Source: Amphiscolops sp. MND2022 (taxonomy: Eukaryota). From it: DNA of 64,000 nucleotides. The notes beneath the pieces were generated by a model. It had not been told where the DNA came from and searched no databases. It worked only from the letters and a program-made list of their open reading frames with translations. Where the stretch lies: the NCBI GenBank assembly GCA_964187785.1, contig OZ076409.1, positions 23,934,001 through 23,998,000 of the forward strand. The letters are read 5' to 3'. Each line of letters begins with the position of its first letter. Position 1 is the stretch's first letter. This document shows, in pieces, positions 13,223 through 24,000 of the stretch. A program made the position numbers and the translations under genes.

Positions 13223-13616
13223 ATGTCTACAACTAGAAGCCAGAAAAGAAGGAATGAGCAACAAGGCGACAAGGACGTAAGTGAAGGTTTTATTTCACCG
13301 ATAGTGGTAGAAAATCCGCGTTCTTCAAACCAGGACGTAGACGTGTCGGGTCCTTCCAGACCAAAATCTCCTCGAATTGAAAATAGTTTCTTGGAGAGTT
13401 TAAGGGCATCCTTGAAAGATGAGATAACATCAGAAATTAAGACTCTTCTTGCCGAATCCCAGAGAGAGATGTTGAAACTACTAAAACCTGAAACAAGGGG
13501 AAGCATCAGGGAGAATACTGAGGAAGAAGTAGAAGAGGAGACTAGAAACTTTTATACCCCTACAAAGTCAGTGAGAATAAGTTCAACTCAAAACGACTCG
13601 ATAGCATGTCGTAACA
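13223..13616 (+). CDS. LTR-encoded ORF start, probable gag N-terminus truncated at the LTR end
   Basis: MSTTRSQKRR... followed by coiled-coil-like LESLRASLKDEITSEIKTLL; the frame stays open across the terminal AACA and stops only in flanking DNA at 13672. Confidence 0.55.
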
Positions 13617-13783
13617 CACGTTATCCAATTTCAGTGGAACGTGGTGTGAAGAATAAGCTGTATATTCTCTAAACTCACCAGTTGAGTTTAGAATCAGTTA
13701 ACTGATTCTAAACTCAACTGGTGAGTTTAGAGAATATACAGCTTATTCTTCACACCACGTTCCACTGAAATTGGATAACGTGT
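13616..13783. repeat. Perfect spacerless palindrome, 84-bp arms
   Basis: Centre GTT|AAC at 13699/13700; arms complementary out to 13616/13783. Confidence 0.95.
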
Positions 13784-13856
13784 TAGACACACTTTTGTTC
13801 ATTTTGCTAAGTTCTCCAGAGAATCATTCAAATTTTGTTTCGGAAAAAACGTGATT

Positions 13857-14154
13857 GGCAATTGGTTATGCATTGGATCTCGGAACTGCAGTTTTGCTCG
13901 CTCAAGGTCACGAAAATCTGATTGCATACCGTTCCGCTTTTCACTTGTTTTCGCTAACAAATGCGTATTGTATCACTACCACATGACTGAACTAGTGATG
14001 TGAAATTTCACATCACTAGTTCAGTCATGTGGTAGTGATACAATACGCATTTGTTAGCGAAAACAAGTGAAAAGCGGAACGGTATGCAATCAGATTTTCG
14101 TGACCTTGAGCGAGCAAAACTGCAGTTCCGAGATCCAATGCATAACCAATTGCC
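13857..14154. repeat. Perfect spacerless palindrome, 149-bp arms
   Basis: Centre AAA|TTT at 14005/14006; GGCAATTGG...CCAATTGCC ends. Confidence 0.95.
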
Positions 14155-14727
14155 TGCAAATGATTTACCGGGAGGCAGCAGAACTATCAGAGGAAAAATT
14201 TGATTTTATACACCAGCACACGGAAGTACGAACACAACCGAAGTAATAAGAATTGTAACATAGAGTCTGAAGAGCAGTTTGAACATTTATAATACAGTTT
14301 TAAGGCCTTGTTCAGTGGACTTCCGTACTTTGGTACAAAGACGTCTAAAGTTCTGGCACACATTCGAGTGCAATTTTTTGGCACGACTAAAAATTCGTTC
14401 TTTTTCTCAGTTCCTCATTGTTTTTTACGGACCAATCACTTTCGTAAACTTTCATCTTAAGAATTGCTCAAAATTGTTTCCTTGGCCGTACTTGCAGAGT
14501 TTGGCGGGTTCTTTGCTTCCTTGCGTCCTGAGCGAGACTTGGGCTGTTTCTGACCGATTAAAATAAGTATCGGATAATGTAGTCAATAGTTTTAATGAAG
14601 AAACATTCAAGCATGTTTCTAGATCACTGGCGGCATTTATTGTGTAGAAGAAAAATTATATTCTGTGTTTTTTTTTACAAATTCTGCCAAATCTCCAAAA
14701 TTAGTCGCGTTCTGTCAGTTGCAATTT

Positions 14728-14812
14728 GAGGCACGACGGCTCAGTTGGTAGCGCATCCGCCTGTCAATCAGTAGATAGTGGGTTCGAATACCACCTCCGT
14801 CTGATTTTTTTT
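14728..14812 (+). pseudogene. tRNA-derived SINE head or tRNA pseudogene (GTC anticodon-like loop)
   Basis: A box GGCTCAGTTGG, loop CTGTCAA, B box GGTTCGAAT with GTGG/CCAC T-stem, downstream T-run; acceptor and anticodon stems pair poorly. Confidence 0.6.
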
Positions 14813-15624
14813 GACAAGGCGGAAAATATCCCGGTGTTCAGCGGGCGTCTTTATTCAATTGAATTATTTTGTCACTTTACTTCGTATTTGGAAATGGACG
14901 AAAAGGACTCTAAAGTTTTTGTAAAGACGTCCTGCATTAAAATACGGAAAATCTCGAAGTGCTACTGCGCCTTCGTTAAGATCGTTTTTGGATTATTTTT
15001 CCTCCGAGGAGTTAACGACAATACATATCCAGACAATTCTTCTCAGCAACTCCTTAGGTAATAGGAAATCATTAATTTGTTACAGCAGTACCCATTTTGC
15101 TGTGGAATTTCGATTCTTTGGAGAACTACGAATAATTCAGCAGAAGCTTCCAAAAATTGATGATTGCGACCTTGTTTTCAGTTTTGCGATTGTATCGGCA
15201 TTTTGGTTGGTGTTAATTGACTACGTTATGCTAAATTTTTATTCATGGAACCATACGGATCATAAACTGAACCATATTTGAGTCTGTAATGTTTCATGAA
15301 ATCATGTTGAACATAATATATGGAAACAGGTTAATCACAGACAACCATACATGGTCCAGAGTAGGTCAGTCTGGAACCATAAACCTTTATGGTCCAGTGT
15401 ATGATCAGCCTGGGATCAGCTTTTCTTTATTGTGGCAGAGTATGATCAACCTGTTGTCGTATGGGTTGATTCCAGTTATTAACTCCAGATAACAGAAAAC
15501 TTCAAAATAGTTTGGAGAAAAGCTTCAAACAGAGCACACAGATCCAAAGGGGAAAAATCTTTGTAAACATGAACACACTTAGCCCTGCACGATATTTGAA
15601 TCCTAGTTCCTAGCAAGGACCTCT

Positions 15625-15920
15625 CAGTTTTTTTCGGCATTGTGAGATTTTTCGGAAATTTTTTTCACCATTTTTTTTACCTTTCAATTTTTTGATGTTC
15701 TGCAACAATGGATGTTAAAAAATGCGAAATGATCCCCTTTTAGAGCGGCAGGGGCCCGTGCTAGCCCCTTTCCGTCGCGAAGCCAGTTCCGTCGTTTGGG
15801 TTTTTTTGTGAGTTTGGAACTTTTTGTGAGTTTGATACTTTGAGTTTTTTGACACTTTCATGTCCTTTTGCTATTTTTGAGCATAAGATATGGCGCCGAC
15901 TTATGCCGTTCCCGGCTTGG
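15625..15920 (-). repeat. Short interspersed repeat related to 17612-18089, in opposite orientation
   Basis: Shares the ATATGGCGCCGACTT end motif and TTTTTCGGCA-type internal blocks. Confidence 0.5.
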
Positions 15921-16518
15921 TTTCAGAACACGATGACTAAAAACACGGACTAGACAGGAACTACCCATGAAGACTACCTTGAAGTTGTCAATAGAAAAGA
16001 CGGGATTTTGTTGCTTTCTTTTTTGATGCTCAAATTGGCTGAATCAAGGAATTGAAATTGTAATAAATACTTACGTAATAAGCAGCACTTACAAATTTGG
16101 AAACAACTTTTGACAACAGAGTGAACAAACAATGTGAGAAGAACACTAGCCATACAAGTTTATGAGGGGAATTATAAATTTCAGTATTTTCAGTAAATTT
16201 CAACAGTCACTTTGGCCTAATTGCTACTTCCGGGGTTGACCAATTCAAGCATCCTCATCGGTGGTCATCAATGATTGTTTCATGACTTTCTATGAAACAT
16301 TTAAAATTCTGTTATCCAATGAAACATGCTCTAAAGTTACGCTTCGATTGAAAACGTTCAACGATATAACAATATAACGTTGAACAATGTTCAATAAGGA
16401 ACAAATTTTTCACGAATTGAAATTTAGAACTGTGTTTTGAAACCAATGACCATCGATGATTATCCATATAAAGCCAAGAGGTCATCATTCAAGGTCAACC
16501 AGAGGAGGTCATGTTTGT

Positions 16519-17603
16519 CTAGAAGGTGACCTGAGACAGGACCATTTGTTCCTGCTTCTGACCTGCGGGTATCTGTCTTCTGCCCGGGCCAGCCTCGTCG
16601 TTGAAGGCGGTGGCGTAGGGGGCCGGCATCCTTTCCTTCCTCTTGATATTATCCCCGTCCGAGGAGCCTACTTGGTCGATGGTACCCCAGGGCACCCCTT
16701 TAGACCTTCAGGCAGGAAATGTAATTTTACAATTTCAGCATTATACAATTGCAGAAATATACATTTAGAAAATAGTGAGTGCTACGCATAGCTTGATGAC
16801 TTTGCCTTTAGTTTTGAATTGATTTGTAATCGAATTTCTATGTTTACATAAGGCTGTTTTATTTCTATGTTTATTAATATTTTGTTCAATGCTTTTAGAT
16901 AATGTACGGAAAAGATCTAGAACTGCAAAATAAGTTGCATGTAATATTTTGCAGTTATTGTAGATCTTTTCCGTACAATATCTAAAAGCATTGAACAAAA
17001 TATTAATAAACCCAGCCTTTTGTAAACAGAAGTTTAATTACAAATCAATTCAAAACTAAAACCAAAGTCATAAAATTATGAGTTGCATTCACAGTTGAAA
17101 ACTGCAGTTTTCAAGAAATTGGTGATTAGGTCTAGGCAGTGTTTAAATTCTCTGATTTTTCTCGAAACAGCCAAAATTGTGTTCAAATGTTTCAGATGGC
17201 TCAAAAAATGAATTTCAGTAACACTCTGTACCCTTGTACCTGCTTAACCCAGTTCATGAGAGAACTTTTTTCTAAAACTCGAGAACGTCATCTTAAATTT
17301 TTGTCTTATTTACTATCTGAAATAACAACGCCTGCCTTTCTGCCATGTTTCTCTGCTTGTGGTGGTCCTGTGCCACTTTAAATCCAGGGTTGTCGTCGTA
17401 GAAGTTCTTAATTCTGCTCAGCTCCGAGTTCACTTTGTGTGCGTTCTCACTCTGTTTTCTGTTGAAGTTAGCTTCCGCACTCGACTCGTTGGCTGCCCCG
17501 GTCCCTCCTCCCCCGTAGCTCTGTCTATTCAAAGACCTGTTTAAATCGTCAGAGGTGGCCCCCGCCGTCACACCCCAAGGGCAGTTGATTGCAGATGTGG
17601 GAT
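16519..17603 (-). CDS. Probable last two coding exons of a host gene (17603-17336 and 16705-16519)
   Basis: Two GC-richer islands in AT-rich DNA; TTTTCCAG acceptor before 17603. The joined frame reads ...CPWGVTAG...RNMAER|SKGVPWGT...QVTF*. This requires a GC donor and an AAG acceptor. Confidence 0.45.
16775..17092. repeat. Diverged foldback/MITE-like palindrome
   Basis: GTTTATTAATATTTTGTTCAATGCTTTTAGATA pairs with TATCTAAAAGCATTGAACAAAATATTAATAAAC; imperfect pairing extends ~150 bp each side of ~16939. Confidence 0.8.
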
Positions 17604-17611
17604 CTGGAAAA

Positions 17612-18089
17612 CAACAAACACGACGAGAACGTCTAAAGTCGGCGCCATATAAAAAAAAACTTTTGGAAAAAACTTATAATTTTTGAAAAATTTTTTCTTT
17701 CAAAAAAAGTTGCATAGTGCCGAAAAATGTAAAAGGGGGGATTACATTTGGGATGTATTAACATACATTCAGTTGCAAAATATGAAAAAACTCGAAGGGG
17801 GGACCCTTTTGGAACATTAAAAATTTTTTCGAAAAAAAGTCGCACAGTGCCGAAAAAATCCAAAAGGGGGACCCTTTAGGCACGTCCGGTTTTGTAGGTT
17901 TCCTTGAAAAAGTGAAAAAATGAAAGGGGGGCCCTTTGGACTAAGTCTACCTTGGCCGGACTTGGCCTCAGGTGGTTTCAGGATTGTTTCTAAAAAGTGG
18001 ACCGATCAGTGTGAGGATTGTAGTCTGAAAAAAACAGTCACTGCTGTAGTCGGGCATTTTTCCCTTAATGGAAAAGCGCCGACTGAAAA
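17612..18089 (+). mobile_element. Non-autonomous Helentron-type (HINE/DINE-1-like) element
   Basis: Subterminal inverted repeat AGTCGGCGC (~17637) / GCGCCGACT (18076-18084); the 3' copy also forms a local hairpin with AGTCGGGCA; A-run ends; internal AAAGGGGGGACCCTTT subrepeats. Confidence 0.5.
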
Positions 18090-18472
18090 CATGTGATGTT
18101 TCATGAAGTTAAAAACTATTATATAATTTCATCATACTTTGTAATAGCCAATATTTCTGTCGATGCTTCTCGCAACGACCATTCATCGAAACCGAGAACT
18201 CCTATGTGAAAACTCAACCGAAAACTCAAGTCACTCGGCTTCGCCAACTGCGATCATAAGGTAATCGGTTGTAAAGTTATAAATATCAAGGATTTACACA
18301 ACCTTTATACTTAGAGCGTTACAATGAATTGTTTGTGAAGCGGAATAGTTTGAGTTCGAAGTAAGTCTTTAAAAGGTGCAATTGATGTAGTGCAATTTTA
18401 AATAAAAAACGGATAAACGGAGCTGAATGGTTTGCCATGCCGAGAATCATTCCATGATCATGGAAAGATATC

Positions 18473-18672
18473 NNNNNNNNNNNNNNNNNNNNNNNNNNNN
18501 NNNNNNNNNNNNNNNNNNNNNNNNNNNNNNNNNNNNNNNNNNNNNNNNNNNNNNNNNNNNNNNNNNNNNNNNNNNNNNNNNNNNNNNNNNNNNNNNNNNN
18601 NNNNNNNNNNNNNNNNNNNNNNNNNNNNNNNNNNNNNNNNNNNNNNNNNNNNNNNNNNNNNNNNNNNNNNNN
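18473..18672. other. Assembly gap (200 N)
   Basis: N run. Confidence 1.
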
Positions 18673-18826
18673 AACGATTCATGGATGATCATAGATGAAA
18701 AGCCATGATGCCATGGTAGATTGTGAATGAAAATCCAAGACGATATGTTATTTCATATCGAACATTGTTTTTAATTACAGCGTTATGAAAATGATTCAAT
18801 AAGTTAACTTCAAAGTCGTTTTTGGC

Positions 18827-19130
18827 TGTTGCTCTTTAAAATAGCAAATGAAAGCGTATTGCAAAATGAAAGTGTTTGAAATTTCTCAATTCTAATGTTC
18901 AACTTCCAATGTTCATGCCTTTGCTATCTCGGAATCTGATATTTCCTTTATTCAATATTTTGATCACATTTGTTCAAATGTTATGAAATCTTTTCCGACT
19001 TTGTCAAAAAGTGGGTTGTGTTTTACCGCTGATTTAAACAGTTGACGTTGGTTCTTCACCAAATACAAGATTGAACTCTCTCATTTTTTGCCAAATGAGA
19101 TATAGATTCTTTATTTCTATATTGCTTTCA
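18827..19130 (+). repeat. BEL 5' LTR
   Basis: TGTTGCTCTTT...TTGCTTTCA; 3 substitutions versus the 3' LTR. Confidence 0.97.
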
Positions 19131-19147
19131 TGGTGGCCATAGAGAGG
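19131..19147 (+). promoter_or_regulatory. Primer binding site, possibly tRNA-Ile-like
   Basis: TGGTGGCCATAGAGAGG directly after the LTR; TGGTGGCC matches the 3' end of GGCC-starting tRNAs. tRNA identity is tentative. Confidence 0.7.
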
Positions 19148-19891
19148 CCTGGTTCAGTCCTTGTCCACTGAAATAATTACCGAAACAGGCTGCCCCATAA
19201 ATTGCTGCTCCATAATACTGCTTCCTAAATTGCTCCATTATCGATTGCAATCCCTTGGGTTCGACTTGAAATGCTGCAGACTTGATTTATCGTGGAAGGC
19301 AACTTATTGCATCCGTGTATTTAACAATTGCTAACCCCTTGAAACAGACCCAGAAGCTTTTCATCTGAAATCACTCAAAAGTTGTCGAATTAGCTGTTCA
19401 ATGAACAATTCCTGCAAAACCATCTGAATTAGTTGTTGGGTGGATAAATTCTTCAATCTACAATTCCGATGGCAGTACAAAACTGAACCAACATTGACTC
19501 GAATACAAGCTCTTATTGAAAAAAGAACTCGTTTCATCTTTATTTGAAATCTTTTTATTTCAATCTTTTATTGTCTACCAACTTCTGTCGTTCTCGAATT
19601 GTCTGCTCTCACAATAACTTCATAACAACAGATAACTTGAACACTGCCAATTTCAGTTGAACTGTTTAATCAGTTCTGAAAATCTTGGAACATTTCCACT
19701 TACAGAAATTGGAATTTGGTAGACAAAAAATTCAAACAATAGCAAGGCCTGAAATCTGACATGAAACATTTCCTTAAATTCGAACTTGCATCGATTACGT
19801 TCCGGAAAAACTAAATCTGACAAAAGTAAGTCTTGCTGTGAAAACATTCCGTATTAAAATTCATTTCGTTCAGTCTGTGAAAAAAAAACTA

Positions 19892-20510
19892 ATGGTATTT
19901 ATTGTAGCGGCAAGTTCCGTAGATCATGCCCTCGAAACCCTAAACCCCGAAAACCGAAAAAACTATAACGAAAGAGTTTACTCTCTTCCGGGCCTAAGCC
20001 TTAATGTAAATACAAAAAACCCGAAAAAGATCGTTCAAAACTTGCTCTCTAAAGAACTTTCCGACAAAACTGACATCGTTATTTGGCACGATGTGTTAAA
20101 TAATAGCATTTCCAAGCACGAGAGCAATAACTTCCGTCCTTTAACTGTTCCGCAATTGTTGGAGATTTTGAAATTCTTCGAAAACAAGCTCCGGGCTCTT
20201 GTGTATTGCCACCGTTTCCGTACCCCGAACATTTTGCCGAATTTGAAGGAAATTGAAAAAACAACAAACATTAAAGTGTTCAGTATCGTTGATGATTTCA
20301 TTTCAACGAGAAAACAGAAAGATCCTGATTTTCTTAAAAAAACTTAAGGCGTTACACCAGAGCCCCGAGATTGAGTTGAAGCATATTGACTTTCTCCTGC
20401 GGAAGGAGAGCGAGCTTAACAGCATAACCGATAAAAGCCGCCCCAAGCGGCCCAGTAAGCGCGCCCGAAAAGCTATTCAGAAAGCAGCCGCTGCTGCTCC
20501 GTCGTCCTAA
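19892..20510 (+). pseudogene. SGNH/GDSL-hydrolase-like extra ORF (~205 aa) of the BEL element; one extra A at ~20340
   Basis: FIVAASS (block I-like), SLPG (II), IVIWHDVLNNSI (III), ALHQS (V); removing one A from the 7-A run fuses 19892..20347 with the 20253..20510 frame. Confidence 0.65.
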
Positions 20511-21001
20511 ACTCCCTTCTTCAATCTTTACAGTGCTGTAGCAACGGTGTCCAGACTTCATTGTTTGGTTGAAGTTCCTACAGCCATTTCGTCTGTTTTC
20601 TGAGTTGCGTCCGTACTTTACTGTCCGGTTGATACTCAGAAACAACTTTCCTTTTCCCTCCTCGCCGTGTAGACTGTGTCCGGACTTAACTGTCCGGTTG
20701 AGGTCTTTTCGGTCTTCCTCGATTTTCGAGCACCAAAAAAAGGACAAATTGTCACCTCTTGAGGCAACGCGCGTTCTAAAAACCTTGTTTCGTCCCATCA
20801 ACTGCAGTATTGTAGTTGGTGACTACTCTCAAAGAAAACAAACATCACCAACACGCTTCAGCTCCAATATCCCTTTCAGTCAGCTGTGTCTGAGCTCAAT
20901 TGCTTAGTTGACACTGCAATAGAGCTTCTTTGTGAGCATTTGTGACCGAACACAGGCCGTAAATAACGAGTTTTATTCTTGTTTCGGCAATTTTGAGAAC
21001 A

Positions 21002-24000
21002 ATGGCTGAACCGATGCAAGAAAAGGTTCGAAAACTATTCGAAAGCCGTTCCAAGGCGGAAACTGAACTACGAAGAGCCCAGCAAAAAGTTCAAGATGCC
21101 GTAGAAGATGGAGAGCTACGCGTCCGCGTGGAGCGACTTGTAAGTTCATGTGAGGAAGCCATGACAACGTTGCTTTCAAAGCATGACCTTTTGTTAAACT
21201 TGGCTACGAAAACAGAAGACCCGTCGCTAGTCAAGCACGATTTGGAATCTTGGTTGAGCGAAGTGACTACACAAAACGACACAATTCTGAAAAAGGCTCG
21301 TAGTTACATCGATGAATGTCCGAGTGTCGATGTAGCATCTGAACCGTCTACGGCAGCCACTCCAAAAAATAAGCAACCAAGCAAAACATCAAGTGCAAAA
21401 ACGTCGCGTCAATCAAGAACATCTAGTCAAAGACAGAGGGACTTGTTGATTGCAAAACAACGTAAAGAAGAAATAGAGAAACAAAACGAAGCAGCGCTTC
21501 GAATAGCAAAGCAACAGCAAGAACTAGAGCTTGAATGTCTCCAACAGGAACAAGAGTTTCTACGTATTAAAGCTGAACGACTAAGAAAAGAACAAGCACT
21601 CAGAGTTGAAGAACTACAGGAGGAAAACCGGAAAAAACTTGCTGAGGCAACCCTCACTGAGCTCGAACTGAGAGATGACTTGTCCGATTCCCAACTCATT
21701 TTGGAGGAAACGTTGTCGCAGCTTTCATCCAAAGCCGACGGGACAGCACGTGTTAAAGACTGGGTAAACAACTCACCTGTTGTTAACGCATCTGCTCCTA
21801 CGAACACCGTGACTGGGACCATGCCAGAACAGGAAGCAATTGTTTTGCCTGTTACAACTACAAGTCCAAGCATTGAACCAATAGTTGGAATTGCAAATGT
21901 ACACACTGTATCCGCTACAGCGTCGACATCAAATAATGCACCCGCAATGCAACTACAGAACATTACCGTTCCACAAGCAACCATGGGCGCGGCCCATTTA
22001 CCTGTCAATCCTCCGGTGATGAGTACACCGACGACAAATGCATTTGCGCCACCCATCGTGCCAACCGTAATGGTGCAGTCACAACCGTTAACCGTACCCG
22101 CAAGCCATGTTTTACCGAATTTGTCTGCATGGACGTTTCCACCTGCCACCAACAACGCGCCGACAGGTGTGATTCCCGTCACCACTTCGATTCAAGTAAC
22201 ACCAACGTTACCTAAAGCGGTTCCAACTACCACTGGTAATCCCACTCCAACACCCGTTATTCCAGTCACTGCAGGAGGAACTGTGTACTATCTCAGTCCA
22301 TCGTCCCTGGCTACCGTAACAATGCCTACTAGTGCACCACTTCCGACCGTCTCTACTATTTCACCAACCGCATTGACATTTACATCGTCTCCAACAATCG
22401 CCCCTCCGACAAGCACTTTCACAGTTCAAGATCTGGCACAACTGTTAATGTCATCGAAAAAGGACCATCTTCCAGAATGGAAACTGGCTCAGTACAGTGG
22501 GGATCCACTTCAATGGCACGAGTGGTTCGGCCAGTTTAAGAGTGCCATTGACTCAGCGCCTTTAACCGATGACGTGAAACTGACTTACTTGAAAACCTTG
22601 GTTTCCGGCAAGGCAAAGACGGCAATTGCTGAATTTGCTTACTGTGGCGCCATGTACAAGGACGCCTTGAAGACATTGGAGCGCAAGTTTGGACAACCAC
22701 AGACCGTTGTGAGCGCTTATTTAGACAAACTTGCAAACTACCCACCAGTCAAAATGCACAATAGTGACAGCATAATAAGCTATTCGGCAACAGTTTCGTC
22801 ACTCGTGGGAGTCTTCCGGTCTCTAAACTATTTACAAGATCTGTCAAGTGCTTCCCTGCTAGGCCAAGCCATTCAGAAACTTCCGCCCAACCTGAAGGAA
22901 GCTTGGTCAATGAATACTGTGAAACGAAATCTGGACCGGCCAACATTGATTCATTTCAATGACTGGCTAAAGGAGAAAGCAGAAGCGCATGAAAGAATGA
23001 AAGCCACTTCCAGTAAGCCCAAAGCCGAAGACGTTCCTGCTTCAACTGTAACCAAGACCAAAACAGGAACCAAGGTTTTTGCCGCGACCACCAGTAATCA
23101 AGTAACTACTGAAACCAAACCAAAAGGTGACAGACACTGTGTAGCCTGCAAAGACAGTCATCCGCTTTGGCGTTGTCCAGTTTTCCGCCAAAAAACACCA
23201 ACAGAGCGAACTAAGTTAGCCGCGGAGGGCAAGCTCTGCTTTTCTTGTCTCAACGAAGGGCACGCCTTCCGCCAATGCCCCCAACCAAGACAATGTACTA
23301 AGGAAGGCTGTAGTAGCTCTCACAATACTTTACTGCACGGCTCCGACAGAATATTTCCACGAAGAACATCAAATGAAGAAAGCAAAAATAACAAAGTTGA
23401 TACTGGTAGATCATCCAAGGTCAGTCAGAAACAATCCAGCAGCGAGAGTTCCGGCATGCCTTCCGTGTCCGACGTCAAAGGTTTGTTACAGATTACGGAA
23501 GTTGAGTTAGAATATCCGTCGTGCTCGGAAAAGGTACTTGTCTTGTGTGACTCAGCTTGTAGTCACTCTTGGATTTCGAAAAAACTGGCTGACAGACTCC
23601 AGGTTAAAGGCTCTCCAACTAAATTAACTGTCCACGGGATAAACTCCCAACAACTGATAGACACGGAAACAGTTGAACTCAAGTTGACACCCGTTCATTC
23701 AGGTGGCTCTTGTTCATCCTTTGCCGTGAAACCATTTGTTCGAAACGACTTGAAAATCGGAAACGATTTGATAGACGTCGAAAATCTGAAAACTAAGTAC
23801 CCGCACTTAGAACCGGTTCCCCTGAGCAAGTACAGCTATGCCGATGTTGAGATGATTCTTGGCCAGGATGTTTTCCATTCTATCCGCCCATTGGAGTACT
23901 TCGAATCCGACCGTGCGAATACTCCAATAGCCGTTCGTTTACCGTTGGGTTGGGTATTGAGTGGTCCACTTCCTTCAGCCACGGGTCTTTTCTCGACTTG

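Larger units (their letters stand above)
1..13616 (+). mobile_element. Ty3/Gypsy LTR retrotransposon, 5' part outside window, with large accessory region between pol and the 3' LTR
   Basis: Gag zinc knuckles, then PR-RT-RH-IN order; extra ORFs at 5.8-11.2 kb; ends GTCGTAACA at 13616. Membership of 5.5-13.6 kb in the same element is inferred because the 5' LTR is not visible. Confidence 0.75.
11105..13616 (+). repeat. Probable 3' LTR (~2.5 kb) of the Gypsy element
   Basis: Starts AGTTATACGAC after purine-rich CCGGGAG and ends GTCGTAACA (imperfect terminal inverted repeat); contains TATA/Inr. The left boundary is inferred. Confidence 0.55.

Noticed and set aside
14728..14812. Functional tRNA-Asp
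   Set aside because: Acceptor and anticodon stems do not pair properly.
18427..18708. ORFs spanning N runs (also 44549-44914)
   Set aside because: Artefacts of the assembly gaps.
20521..20705. CRISPR-like repeat-spacer pattern
   Set aside because: Only three degenerate repeats, inside a eukaryotic retrotransposon, with no cas genes.
21427..22185. 252-aa antisense ORF in BEL gag, and similar shadow ORFs in pol
   Set aside because: Explained by codon bias of the Thr/Pro-rich sense frame; no independent motifs.
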